From assembly GCA_963701075.1 (NCBI GenBank), contig OY969559.1, positions 384,001-448,000 on the forward strand: a stretch of 64,000 bases of DNA, given 5' to 3'. The notes below the pieces were generated by a model. The model saw only the letters and a program-made list of their open reading frames with translations, was not told the origin of the DNA and did no database searches. This DNA comes from an uncultured Nitrososphaerota archaeon. Its GTDB lineage: Archaea > Thermoproteota > Nitrososphaeria > Nitrososphaerales > Nitrosopumilaceae. Positions within the stretch are counted from its first letter, which is position 1. Every line of letters starts with the position of its first letter. Below are positions 39,120 through 48,987 of this stretch, one piece after another. Made by a program: the position numbers and the translations under genes.

Positions 39120-40097
39120 TTGTACTTGCTAGAAACTATTAAGCTAAAAGGAGGTTCTCCTATATTTGACAAGGTTTTCAAGATTGGAGTTACCATTGCT
39201 GCCACTTACATATTGGTAATTATAGTTCTCATCGTAATTCAGTTAGTCACTAATTCATATGATATATGGGCTCAGGAAGGAATCGCGTTTCTTACCGGGT
39301 CTGATTGGAACGCTGTGGAAGGAAGTGAATCGTATGGCGCGGCACCTTATATCGTAGGCACATTTGTGACTGCCGGAATTGCCATGCTAATCGGAGTGCC
39401 GTTAAGCATAGGCATTGCAATGTTCCTGGCTGAACTTGCACCTAAGTTTATGCGTTCGATACTCTCGTTTATAGTTGAATTGTTGGCTGCTATTCCAAGT
39501 ATAATTTACGGTTTATGGGGACTGTTCGTGTTTAGGAATTACATTCTGAATTGGATTGAAACCCCACTTAACAATGCTCTTGGCGGCAGTGTATGGCTCT
39601 TCTCTGGAACTCCCTTTGGACTTGATATCTTTACTGCAAGTATAGTGCTTGCTATTATGATAATTCCGACGATAGCAGCTATTTCGCGAGAAATTATGAT
39701 TGCAGTACCACAGAGTCAGAGAGAGGCTGCATACATGTTGGGGGCTACAAAATGGGAAACATTCAAGATGGCCGTAATCCCATATTCAAAGTCCGGTCTT
39801 GTTGGTGCTGCAATACTTGGACTTGGAAGAGCTGTGGGAGAAACCATGGCTATTACACTATTAATTGGAAACGCCACCGGGGCAGGTGCATTTCCATCAT
39901 CTTTGTTCTCACCCGGTCAGACATTGTCAAGTATAATTGCAAATGAATTTCCAGAAGCCTCCAACGGAAGTCTTCACATGGCAGCACTGATTGGATGTGG
40001 ATTGATACTTTTCGCCATTGCAATAAGTATTAACATTGTTGCCCAAATTCTAGTTTCTAAAGTACTAAAAACACACCAAGGAGCAGTTTTAGCATGA
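39120..40097 (+). CDS. pstC: Phosphate ABC transporter permease PstC
   Basis: ELLAAIPSIIYGLWG, LGLGRAVGETMA. Confidence 0.95.
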   Translation: MYLLETIKLKGGSPIFDKVFKIGVTIAATYILVIIVLIVIQLVTNSYDIWAQEGIAFLTGSDWNAVEGSESYGAAPYIVGTFVTAGIAMLIGVPLSIGIAMFLAELAPKFMRSILSFIVELLAAIPSIIYGLWGLFVFRNYILNWIETPLNNALGGSVWLFSGTPFGLDIFTASIVLAIMIIPTIAAISREIMIAVPQSQREAAYMLGATKWETFKMAVIPYSKSGLVGAAILGLGRAVGETMAITLLIGNATGAGAFPSSLFSPGQTLSSIIANEFPEASNGSLHMAALIGCGLILFAIAISINIVAQILVSKVLKTHQGAVLA

Positions 40098-41008
40098 TCA
40101 CACCAGAACAACGAGCAGAATACAGGAAACACTTTAGAAATAACTTCACAAGTAGACTGATTACCGATAGGATAGTGGTAGGAATTGTATTTGGTTGTGT
40201 TATACTGGCAATAGTTCCTCTGGGAAGCATTCTTCTTGAAATTATAAGAAACGGAGCCCCTGCATTGAGCGTAGAATTACTTACTGCTCCCCCTGGAGCA
40301 GTAGGATCAGCTGACGTTGGTGGAATCGGCCCTGCTATTCAAGGAACTTTATTGTTAATTGGCATGTCAAGCCTCATTGGAGTGCCAGTTGGGGTCTTAG
40401 GAGGAATCTTCCTTTCAGAATATGGCAACAACAAATACGGCCAGATGATAAGATTTTTCAATGATGTCTTGGCAGAATTTCCCACCATTGTAATAGGACT
40501 TTTTGCATTTGCAGTCATCGTACTTACGCTTGGTTACTTTTCTATTATTGCAGGAATGTTTGCACTTTCAGTTATAATGTTGCCAGTTATAACAAGAACA
40601 ACTGAAGAATCGCTCAAGCTTGTTCCTGTGACATATAGGGAGGCAGGATACGCACTTGGAATTCAAAGATCCGTAATAATATTTAAAATTCTGGTGACAA
40701 GTGCCAAAAGTGGATTGATAACAGGAATCATGTTATCAATAGCAAGAATAGCAGGCGAGACGGCTCCTTTGATCTTTACAATACTTGGTAACGATGACTT
40801 TTTCTCAGGCTTTGATCAACCGCTGGATGCTTTACCCCTTAGAATCTATCGACTTGCAAATCTTCCATATGACAGTGCAACAGCTCAAGCATGGGGCGGG
40901 GCATTGATTTTAATATTGATAATACTTACACTTAATGTAGGAGTAAGATATTTGTTCTTAAGAAAACGTGGAGGAGGTGGCAGATTTAGAATCACAGCAG
41001 GTGGATAA
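40094..41008 (+). CDS. pstA: Phosphate ABC transporter permease PstA
   Basis: [25 protein letters not shown]. Confidence 0.95.
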   Translation: MITPEQRAEYRKHFRNNFTSRLITDRIVVGIVFGCVILAIVPLGSILLEIIRNGAPALSVELLTAPPGAVGSADVGGIGPAIQGTLLLIGMSSLIGVPVGVLGGIFLSEYGNNKYGQMIRFFNDVLAEFPTIVIGLFAFAVIVLTLGYFSIIAGMFALSVIMLPVITRTTEESLKLVPVTYREAGYALGIQRSVIIFKILVTSAKSGLITGIMLSIARIAGETAPLIFTILGNDDFFSGFDQPLDALPLRIYRLANLPYDSATAQAWGGALILILIILTLNVGVRYLFLRKRGGGGRFRITAGG

Positions 41009-41009
41009 A

Positions 41010-41816
41010 ATGGAAACGCTAACAAGAACTCCAATCACACAGAAATCTGCAGAAGAGCCGCGATACAAGCTGATTGCAGAAGATATTGTTGCAAGCTACA
41101 ATGGTATTGAAGCTGTAAAGAAAATTAACATGAAATTCAGAGAAAAAGCGGTAACTGCATTAATAGGACCATCTGGGTGTGGGAAAACTACATTTCTTCG
41201 AACTCTTAATAGAATGCATGAATTGACAAAGAATGCCAGAGTGACAGGCAAAGTCCTATTGGACGGCCAAGATCTGTATTCTAATAAAGAAGACGCCATT
41301 ATCCACAGAAGAAAGATAGGAATGGTATTCCAAAAACCAAATCCATTTCCTACAATGTCAATTTATGATAACGTAGCTGCAGGACTAAAGCTAAACGGTG
41401 TAAAAGACAAAAAGATCATGAACGAAATAGTACAAGGGTGCCTAGAGATGGTATACCTATGGGATGAGGTAAAACATGATCTGAAAAAACCTGGAATGAG
41501 CCTCTCAGGAGGACAACAGCAACGCCTCTGCATTGCACGCGCTCTTGCCATACAACCCGAAGTTCTCTTGATGGATGAGCCTGCATCTGCACTTGATCCA
41601 ATTGCTACTCAAAAGATTGAAGAAATGATAAATGAACTGAAAAAAGAATACACCATAATTATAGTAACCCACAACATGCAACAAGCTGTGAGAGTATCTG
41701 ATTACACTGGATTCATGTATCTGGGAGATTTGGTTGAGTTTGGGGAGACCAAGCAAATCTTTGAGAATCCAAGAAACGAGATCACAGCCAAGTATGTACA
41801 GGGGCAGTTTGGCTAG
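41010..41816 (+). CDS. pstB: Phosphate ABC transporter ATPase PstB
   Basis: [34 protein letters not shown]; start placed at ATG 41010. Confidence 0.96.
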   Translation: METLTRTPITQKSAEEPRYKLIAEDIVASYNGIEAVKKINMKFREKAVTALIGPSGCGKTTFLRTLNRMHELTKNARVTGKVLLDGQDLYSNKEDAIIHRRKIGMVFQKPNPFPTMSIYDNVAAGLKLNGVKDKKIMNEIVQGCLEMVYLWDEVKHDLKKPGMSLSGGQQQRLCIARALAIQPEVLLMDEPASALDPIATQKIEEMINELKKEYTIIIVTHNMQQAVRVSDYTGFMYLGDLVEFGETKQIFENPRNEITAKYVQGQFG

Positions 41817-42443
41817 TTGACGAGACTAATAGATCCCCATCTTGAAAAGCTCTCATTTCTGATGGAAAAGATGGGTGCATTATCTCTTAATTGCATAAAC
41901 ATGGCATTAGACTCTTACCTGCAAGGAAAAAATGTGCGCCATGAAGTACACAAGATTTCTCAAGAAATAATGAGTTTGTATGACGAGGTAGGTGACCTGA
42001 CTTTTGATATGATACTGAGATATCAACCAGTTGCAAGCGATTTTAGATTGATAAGGTCCTGCATAGAGGTCTCCTATGGTTTTACTCGATTTGGCCGTTA
42101 TGCGTATGACATTGCGGCAGTCAGAGACATGTTCGGTGATCTCTCCGAATGCAGAAACGAGGCAATCTACACGCTTTCAGGCGAGATAAAACAAATGATA
42201 AACATGGCCGTACAATGCTTTGCGACCTTGGACTTGGAAAAGACAAAACAGCTTAGAACTGATGAAGACTTGGTGGACAAGTACTACAACAAGCATCTCC
42301 CAATGCTGATTAATTCCACCAGTGTCAAGTGTGCTCTTGCTGATGCGCTAGTACTCAGATATCTGGAAAGAATAGCTGATCATGCTGCATTCATGGGCGA
42401 GTCAGTAAACTATATTGTCACAGGCCAGAGACGTTTTCAATAA
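41817..42443 (+). CDS. phoU: PhoU-family protein
   Basis: RYQPVASD.R and RYLERIADHA. Confidence 0.9.
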   Translation: MTRLIDPHLEKLSFLMEKMGALSLNCINMALDSYLQGKNVRHEVHKISQEIMSLYDEVGDLTFDMILRYQPVASDFRLIRSCIEVSYGFTRFGRYAYDIAAVRDMFGDLSECRNEAIYTLSGEIKQMINMAVQCFATLDLEKTKQLRTDEDLVDKYYNKHLPMLINSTSVKCALADALVLRYLERIADHAAFMGESVNYIVTGQRRFQ

Positions 42444-42571
42444 ACTGTTTTTTCATTGGTTTAGATCTTATTTCATATTCGTATTGTGTCTATATAGATA
42501 TGATAGCTTATAGGCAATTATGTGAACTACACCGGGCATACGTAAATAACAAATATTTTGTCATACCACAC

Positions 42572-43753
42572 ATGAAGAAAATTCTTCTGGCATTAGCTTT
42601 CATGCTAGTGCTAATAATGCCGGCAACTATGTCGCATGCAAGTGCGCAAACCAGCCAGTCATATACAATCACGGGAGGCGGATCAACCTTCATCTTCCCA
42701 CTGATGGATACATGGAGAGTGCAATACGACAATCTGCATTCAAACATACAGCTAAACTATCAATCCATTGGAAGTGGAGCAGGTATCAAGCTCTTGGACC
42801 AAAAGGCTGTAGACTTTGCAGCATCTGATGCTCCATTGCAGCCATCCGAACAAGCAGCAGCACCAGGGGTGTTGACCATTCCAGATTCGATTGGAGGAAT
42901 AACAATATCTTACAACCTTCCTGGAATAGACAAGGGACTCAAACTGACAGGTCCTGTAATTGCGCAGATCTTCATGGGTAATATCACCATGTGGAACGAT
43001 CCTGCTATTGCAAGTCTTAACCCCGGAGTAAATCTTCCAGCTCAGACTATCCATACAGCTCATCGTGCAGATGGATCAGGAACAACATATGCATTCACTG
43101 ATTACCTATCCAAAGTCTATCCCCAGTGGAAGACAGATGTAGGCCAAGGAAAGGTAGTGCCATGGCCAGTAGGCACTGGTGGCCCAGGAAATGCAGGTGT
43201 AGCCAATATCATAAGGACTACGCCATATGCCTGTGGATATATAGAGCTTGCATACGCGTACCAAAACAACATGACATATGCATTTGTACAAAATGCTGAT
43301 GGAAATGCGTTTGTAGAGCCTACCATAGCTTCAGTAGCTGCTGATGCAGCTGCTGCATCAACAAGTCTTCCTGCAGGTGATGGAGATTGGAGCAAGGTAT
43401 CGATAGTAAATCAACCTGGAAGTAATTCCTATCCGATATCTACTTTGACATATATCATGGTCTACAAGGACCTAAGTCAAGTAAGCGGAGAGTCACAGGG
43501 CAAATCACAAGAAGTAATAAACTTCCTAAACTGGATAGTAACAGATGGACAAAACTATTCTTCATCATTATTGTATGTGCCACTGCCTGCTCCAATGGTA
43601 ACTGCAGATCAGCAAAGTATTTCACAAATACAGTTCGGCGGCAGCACAGTTCCGGAGTTTGGCCCAATTGCATCTCTAGTACTTGCAATTGCAATCGTAT
43701 CCATAATTGCAGTTTCTGCTAAGACTGGATTAAGACTTGCACCAAAACTCTAG
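42572..43753 (+). CDS. pstS: Phosphate-binding protein PstS with PEFG-CTERM anchor
   Basis: GGGSTF, GSGAG, FAASD, RADGSGTT; C-terminal VPEFG + TM. Confidence 0.95.
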   Translation: MKKILLALAFMLVLIMPATMSHASAQTSQSYTITGGGSTFIFPLMDTWRVQYDNLHSNIQLNYQSIGSGAGIKLLDQKAVDFAASDAPLQPSEQAAAPGVLTIPDSIGGITISYNLPGIDKGLKLTGPVIAQIFMGNITMWNDPAIASLNPGVNLPAQTIHTAHRADGSGTTYAFTDYLSKVYPQWKTDVGQGKVVPWPVGTGGPGNAGVANIIRTTPYACGYIELAYAYQNNMTYAFVQNADGNAFVEPTIASVAADAAAASTSLPAGDGDWSKVSIVNQPGSNSYPISTLTYIMVYKDLSQVSGESQGKSQEVINFLNWIVTDGQNYSSSLLYVPLPAPMVTADQQSISQIQFGGSTVPEFGPIASLVLAIAIVSIIAVSAKTGLRLAPKL

Positions 43754-43763
43754 ACCATCCTAA

Positions 43764-43778
43764 TTTTTTATTTTTTTT
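43764..43778 (+). terminator. Oligo-T archaeal terminator candidate
   Basis: TTTTTTATTTTTTTT just after the pstS stop. Confidence 0.5.
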
Positions 43779-43957
43779 AAAATCGCACTTGCGATTTCAT
43801 TTCATATTATATGTTTCGAATTTTAAAAACTAAATTCTATATAGATTTATGGTGAGCATGATTTTGTAAATTATTTTATGTTGTAGATGTAAGATACAGC
43901 TCAGCTATGTGTTCTATACCGATCAATTAGAAATAACCAAAGAATTGTCATAAGCTC

Positions 43958-45148
43958 ATGGCACAAAAAATAATTTTAGGTTTAGCGCTTATGCTGATCC
44001 TATTAATGCCAACCACAACGATGGTAGCACACGCACAACTAGTATCAAATCCACCACCTCAACCTCCAAGCGGAGTGAGCATCAAGCTCAATGGTGCAGG
44101 CTCATCCTTCATCTTTCCATTGATGGACAAATGGAGGGTTATGTATGATGGACTAAATCCTGGAATAAGTATCAACTACCAATCCGTTGGTAGTGGTGCG
44201 GGTATAACGCAATTTACCAAAAAAACAATTGACTTTGGAGCTTCAGATGCCCCATTGTCACCGAGTCAGCAAAAGGCAGCCCCAAACACGCTAACCTTTG
44301 TAGACTCTATTGGTGCAATTACGGTGTCTTACAACATACCAAATGGCCAAATCAAGGATGGTGTTAATCAAATCATCCCTAGTGGACTAAACCTTACTGG
44401 TCCAACCCTTGCACAGATCTTCGAAGGCAAGATACTGTATTGGGATGATCCAGCCATAAAGGCAAATAATTCCGGAGTTTTTCTGCCCCATGCAAAGATC
44501 ACAGTGATTCATCGCTCTGATGGCTCTGGAACAACATATGGATTCACAAACTACTTGTCAAAAGTTAGTAGTGAATGGAAATCTGATGTTGGACAAGGAA
44601 CTGTGGTTCCGTGGAGAACTGGAATTGGAGGCCCTGGTAACGCAGGCGTCGCACATTATGTCCAATTAACTCCATATTCAATTGGATATGTAGAACTTGC
44701 ATACGCACAACAGAATCACATGTCATATGCAAATATTGAAAATGCCGACGGCGATAATTTTGTGGCACCAACACTAGATACAACAAGTGCAGCAGCTAGT
44801 TCTCTAACGAGCCTACCTGCCTCAAATGGAGATTGGAGCAAAGTTTCAATTACCAATGAACCAGGACCTAATACCTATCCAATCGCTTCATTGACCTACA
44901 TCATGGCATATCAGAATCGCGATGTAGTAAAGGGCACGGACTTGAACAAAGCAGATGAGCTGGTTGATTTCATATATTGGATAATATCAGGTGGTCCCGG
45001 ACAGCCAGTTGGTGGACAGCAATATGCTAGCCCACTGTGGTATGTACCGCTTCCTCAAAACTTCCAACTAGTTGACATCAACGGACTTCAGATGTTCAAG
45101 TACCAAGGACATCAGTTGTGGACTGACGCAGGCACTTCAGGCACTTAA
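43958..45148 (+). CDS. pstS: Phosphate-binding protein PstS, second copy, without C-terminal anchor
   Basis: GAGSSF, GSGAG, FGASD, RSDGSGTT; ends ..LWTDAGTSGT. Confidence 0.95.
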   Translation: MAQKIILGLALMLILLMPTTTMVAHAQLVSNPPPQPPSGVSIKLNGAGSSFIFPLMDKWRVMYDGLNPGISINYQSVGSGAGITQFTKKTIDFGASDAPLSPSQQKAAPNTLTFVDSIGAITVSYNIPNGQIKDGVNQIIPSGLNLTGPTLAQIFEGKILYWDDPAIKANNSGVFLPHAKITVIHRSDGSGTTYGFTNYLSKVSSEWKSDVGQGTVVPWRTGIGGPGNAGVAHYVQLTPYSIGYVELAYAQQNHMSYANIENADGDNFVAPTLDTTSAAASSLTSLPASNGDWSKVSITNEPGPNTYPIASLTYIMAYQNRDVVKGTDLNKADELVDFIYWIISGGPGQPVGGQQYASPLWYVPLPQNFQLVDINGLQMFKYQGHQLWTDAGTSGT

Positions 45149-45300
45149 ACGCCCTAACTTTTCTTTTTTTCTTTTTTGATACAATAACTAATGTAAATTA
45201 TGGATCAAAAAGAAGAGATCGTGTGGATATAGAGACTATGACAACTACTTGCGCCAGATTAAAGTTGAATACTGGACACATATGAAACAGTGATAAAATA

Positions 45301-45492
45301 ATGCCAGACAAGATCTGCAGAACATGTGGTGAAGAACTGATTGGATATTCGCAATGCTTTGAATGCAAAAAGCCGATTCAGCAAATTTGCATAAAATGTG
45401 GGAAAAAGACCATAGAGCGACTCCATTTGAGATGTTTTACTCATACAAAGTATGACTTTTCAGTGCCTGCAAGTATTTCGTTAGCAGGGTGA
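45301..45492 (+). CDS. Small multi-CxxC zinc-ribbon protein
   Basis: Three CxxC pairs plus HxxC. Confidence 0.7.
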   Translation: MPDKICRTCGEELIGYSQCFECKKPIQQICIKCGKKTIERLHLRCFTHTKYDFSVPASISLAG

Positions 45493-45613
45493 ATTTTCAG
45501 TTCTGTAATCTAACCATAAAATATATAATTTTAAATTTTTTTTCATAGAATAACTGTTCTTATGGAATCTATTTTCTACAAGGAAAAATATGATTGTCCA
45601 TTGTTAAAGTTTG

Positions 45614-46145
45614 ATGACAAACAAACTGCTTGTCCCATCTGGAGTTTTTGCAATTTTTATCTTGCTTGCAATTCAGCTCATGGGTATCAATATCGGCAGA
45701 TGGAGCAACAACACAACAGTCCATATCTGCAAACACGCACGGATTTGCATTTACAGATAATTGCTGTCCAGACGTATCACTCAATCTCAACGGTAACATC
45801 ACAACAAACACAGATGGTACAATGAAACTCTCACAGCAAAATGGCAATATTGCAATAAATTCTACCAATTACAAACTACAATTCACGCCAAGTGGTAATG
45901 TAACCACAGAAACAGTGGAAGGTGACTGCTCTTCGGGCATTACTTACCAACAGAATGGTACCGTTAGCTTGACTGCAAATGATGGAACAGTAATCAAAGG
46001 ACCGGGAGAATATTCTTGGGGGACAGTCCCTAGTTGTTCTGACTACAAGGATTCCTTTACTAACTTTAGCGGAAAGGTGCAAGACCTGGCAGGACAAACC
46101 ACAGAATTCTATACTGGTACAGATCTGTTGCCATATATCCAGTAA
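45614..46145 (+). CDS. Secreted hypothetical protein (apparent +1 frameshift at 45674)
   Basis: Signal peptide MTNKLLVPSGVFAIFILLAI joins SSWVSISADG.. if C45674 is removed. Confidence 0.7.
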
Positions 46146-46164
46146 ACTCTTATCCTCTTTTTCT

Positions 46165-46188
46165 TTTTTAAAGAATCAAGTGAGATCT
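46165..46188 (+). repeat. 24-bp direct repeat, left copy
   Basis: TTTTTAAAGAATCAAGTGAGATCT, identical to 46775-46798. Confidence 0.9.
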
Positions 46189-46197
46189 CTCAAGCAA

Positions 46198-46450
46198 TTA
46201 GATATTTTCATAGATGCTCTCACGTTCCTCAACTCTATGTATTGTAATTTTTTTATCAGACCAGCTTACCTCGTATACCAATCTTAAGCTCCCAATTCTA
46301 ATTCTGTATATGGAATCATATCCCTTGAGTTTTGCCACATCATAGATTCGAACAGGAACAGGATTTTCTTTCAATGTTACCAGTATGTCTTTTAGAATCA
46401 AGCTTACTTATCGCTTTTAAGACGCTTTTCTTGGCAGTAACTTCAAACAA
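46198..46450 (-). pseudogene. RelE/ParE-family toxin, frameshifted
   Basis: MFEVTAKKSVLKAISKLDSKR in one frame, KDILVTLKENP...KLKGYDSIYRIRIGSLRLVYEV in the next. Confidence 0.75.
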
Positions 46451-46451
46451 A

Positions 46452-46628
46452 TTAATCCAGTGTCTTCAACAATGAGGATTCACTAACAATTTTTTCTTTC
46501 TTTTTAATTGCGGATTTATAACTAGGGGTCGGTTCTTCTAATGGAATGATTTTATCAATTAGATTTTTGTATAACATTCTCAATTCTTTGATTTCATTTC
46601 TAATTATTTTGAACTCTTTTGAACTCAT
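46452..46628 (-). CDS. Putative antitoxin (58 aa) of the RelE module
   Basis: MSSKEFKIIRNEIKELRMLYKNLIDKIIPLEEPTPSYKSAIKKKEKIVSESSLLKTLD; stop 1 nt before the toxin TTG. Confidence 0.75.
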   Translation of the reverse strand: MSSKEFKIIRNEIKELRMLYKNLIDKIIPLEEPTPSYKSAIKKKEKIVSESSLLKTLD

Positions 46629-46774
46629 ATCCTATCCAATATATGACACAAAACTGTTTAAAGTCTTTGCGTGCGTTTCAGGCATATCTAAAGAGAATAG
46701 GCAATTCTGTTGATACAAACGTTGTATGGTGTAAGAAATGTAGTTAGTCAAACGATTATCTAATTAATAATGAA

Positions 46775-46798
46775 TTTTTAAAGAATCAAGTGAGATCT
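46775..46798 (+). repeat. 24-bp direct repeat, right copy; contains the probable nadM TATA box
   Basis: TTTTTAAAG about 25 bp upstream of ATG 46804. Confidence 0.9.
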
Positions 46799-46803
46799 TA
46801 ACA

Positions 46804-47304
46804 ATGAATGGACTCTTAATTGGCAGGTTTCAGCCATTTCACATCGGACATTTATCGGCAGTCAAGTTTGCCCTGTCTCAAGTGGAAAACCTCTGGATAG
46901 GAATTGGAAGCTCAAACAAAAGTAATGAAAAAAGAAATCCATTCACAGCAGACGAGCGAAAAGAGATGATCCTCTCATCAATTGACCCTGAAAACGCAGA
47001 GAAAATTGGGGTATACTATGTACCAGATACAGGAGACCATGACAAATGGACGTACCATGTTGATGCCATCGTGCCAAAGTACGACATTGTATTTTCAAAT
47101 GATGACTTTACGCTGTCTCTGTACAAAAAAAGGGGAATCAAAACAATCCAGGTTCCACTGTTGCAAAGAGAAACGGTCTCTGGGACACATATACGGGAGA
47201 TGATCGCTGGAGACAAAGATTGGTCAGGCCTTGTTCCACAAGGAACCAAAAATGTTCTGATAAAAATAGGTGCCAAGGAAAGGCTACGCAAAATACCGCA
47301 GTAG
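46804..47304 (+). CDS. nadM: Nicotinamide-nucleotide adenylyltransferase
   Basis: GRFQPFHIGH, NPFT..ER, SGT.IR. Confidence 0.93.
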   Translation: MNGLLIGRFQPFHIGHLSAVKFALSQVENLWIGIGSSNKSNEKRNPFTADERKEMILSSIDPENAEKIGVYYVPDTGDHDKWTYHVDAIVPKYDIVFSNDDFTLSLYKKRGIKTIQVPLLQRETVSGTHIREMIAGDKDWSGLVPQGTKNVLIKIGAKERLRKIPQ

Positions 47305-47314
47305 AACCTAAATA

Positions 47315-48487
47315 ATGGTCATTAATTTTAGGGAATGGAAGAATTTGGAATATCTAGTAATGTTACCCGGACCAACAAATGTTCCGGAAAGAGTAACGCG
47401 CGCAATGTTTACTCACATGATAAATCACAGGAGCAAGGATTTTGTAAAATTATATGTCGATGTAGTTGAAAAGACCCAGAAAGTTTTTGATACAACAGGA
47501 GACATCGTAGCACTTAGCGCTTCTGGAACAGGAGCAGTCGAGGCCTCTGTTGTAAACATGGTAAAAAAAGGCGACAAGGTAATCATCCCAGTCAACGGGG
47601 AATTTAACTCAAGACTTGCAACCATGCTAGAATGGGCAGGTGCAAATGTTATCAAGCTACAGACTCCATTTGGACAGAACGCAAGCTTTGATCAAGTAAA
47701 GGAAGCATTTGACAACAACAAAGATGTCAAGGCATTCTATGTGGTATGGAACGAGACCTCAACTGGAACGATGGTAAAATATCTGGATAAAGTTTCAAGT
47801 CTTACTGCAAGAAATGATTCGTTCTTTGTAGTAGACGGTGTATCAATAGTAGGCGGTGAGGAATTGCACATGGACAAGTGGGGAATAGATGTGTGTGTTA
47901 CAGGAGCACAAAAAGCGCTAGCTGCCCCGCCAGGAATCTCGCCAATTGCAGTAAGCCCCAAGGCAAAAAAACACATGATTGCAAACCAGCCCCCGACATT
48001 TTACTTTAACATGGCACGATACTTCAAGTATTACGACGAGAACAAGGAGACTCCATTTACTCCAGCAATACCGCTTCTTTATGCATACAGGGAGGCACTA
48101 GACATGATACTAGAAGAGGGAATGGAAAATAGAGTAAAAAGACACCGGGTCTGCTCTGATGCATTTTACAGTGGCCTCAGTGCACTAGGTCTTACACCAT
48201 TTGCAAAAGAGGATGCACGATCTACAGTTGTGATTGCACTAAACTATCTGCAAGGACTAGACGACAAAACTTTCCGTGGAACATTGTCAGAAAAATTCCG
48301 CGTCTTGGTTGCAGGTGGATTTGGCGAGCTGAAAGGCAAAGTGTTCAGGGTTGGATGCATGGGAGAGGTGCAGAAATATCATGTCATGAGAACTATATCT
48401 GCAATTCATTCAACACTTGACATGATGGGATACAAGACAAATCCCGAAGCACTCAAAGTAGCTGAAGAGAAACTAAAGGCGCTCTAA
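47315..48487 (+). CDS. Alanine-glyoxylate/serine-pyruvate class V aminotransferase
   Basis: MLPGPT, NETSTG, VDGVS, GAQKAL..PPG, FRVGCMG. Confidence 0.9.
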   Translation: MVINFREWKNLEYLVMLPGPTNVPERVTRAMFTHMINHRSKDFVKLYVDVVEKTQKVFDTTGDIVALSASGTGAVEASVVNMVKKGDKVIIPVNGEFNSRLATMLEWAGANVIKLQTPFGQNASFDQVKEAFDNNKDVKAFYVVWNETSTGTMVKYLDKVSSLTARNDSFFVVDGVSIVGGEELHMDKWGIDVCVTGAQKALAAPPGISPIAVSPKAKKHMIANQPPTFYFNMARYFKYYDENKETPFTPAIPLLYAYREALDMILEEGMENRVKRHRVCSDAFYSGLSALGLTPFAKEDARSTVVIALNYLQGLDDKTFRGTLSEKFRVLVAGGFGELKGKVFRVGCMGEVQKYHVMRTISAIHSTLDMMGYKTNPEALKVAEEKLKAL

Positions 48488-48518
48488 TTTTATATACAAA
48501 AACATAGAAAATAATACT

Positions 48519-48728
48519 GTGTCAGAAAAAAGGGATTACAATATCATAGTCAAAAAAGACGGAAAATTCTATGTCGGGTACTGCATCGAAATTCCTCAAG
48601 CAAGGGGACAGGGAAACACCAAGCAAGAGGCAATACAAGATACAAAGCAAGCCATCAAACTATGCAAATCCTACCTTGATGACAAGAAGAAGAGATCTGC
48701 ATCAAGACTAGTCACGGTTTCAGTTTGA
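48519..48728 (+). CDS. HicB-family (UPF0150) antitoxin-like protein, orphan
   Basis: Y...C.EIP....QG.T..EA.......I.L pattern. Confidence 0.8.
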   Translation: MSEKRDYNIIVKKDGKFYVGYCIEIPQARGQGNTKQEAIQDTKQAIKLCKSYLDDKKKRSASRLVTVSV

Positions 48729-48730
48729 GC

Positions 48731-48961
48731 TTACTGTTTTACAATTGAATAGTATGTTGCAGGAAATGTCTGGCCGTTGGAATCAAGCCACACTAAGACA
48801 TCGTATGCGCCAGGCTTTGTGATTATCTGGCTTGCATCAAAGCTTACTGCCACGCTGTTGCCCTGCTCAGTCCACTGCTTTGCAGTAACCATGTATATCC
48901 TGAAAGCTGCTGATAATACTGTCCAAAAGGCAAGGTCTTGCTTGCCATGCCTTTTTTCCAA
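48731..48961 (-). pseudogene. C-terminal remnant of a surface protein
   Basis: GQYYQQLSGYT in one frame, then VTAKQW...FDASQIITKPGAYDVLVWL...YSIVKQ; no signal peptide or N-terminus. Confidence 0.4.
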
Positions 48962-48987
48962 TGTTGTATCAAGAGGGAAAGCTCATG

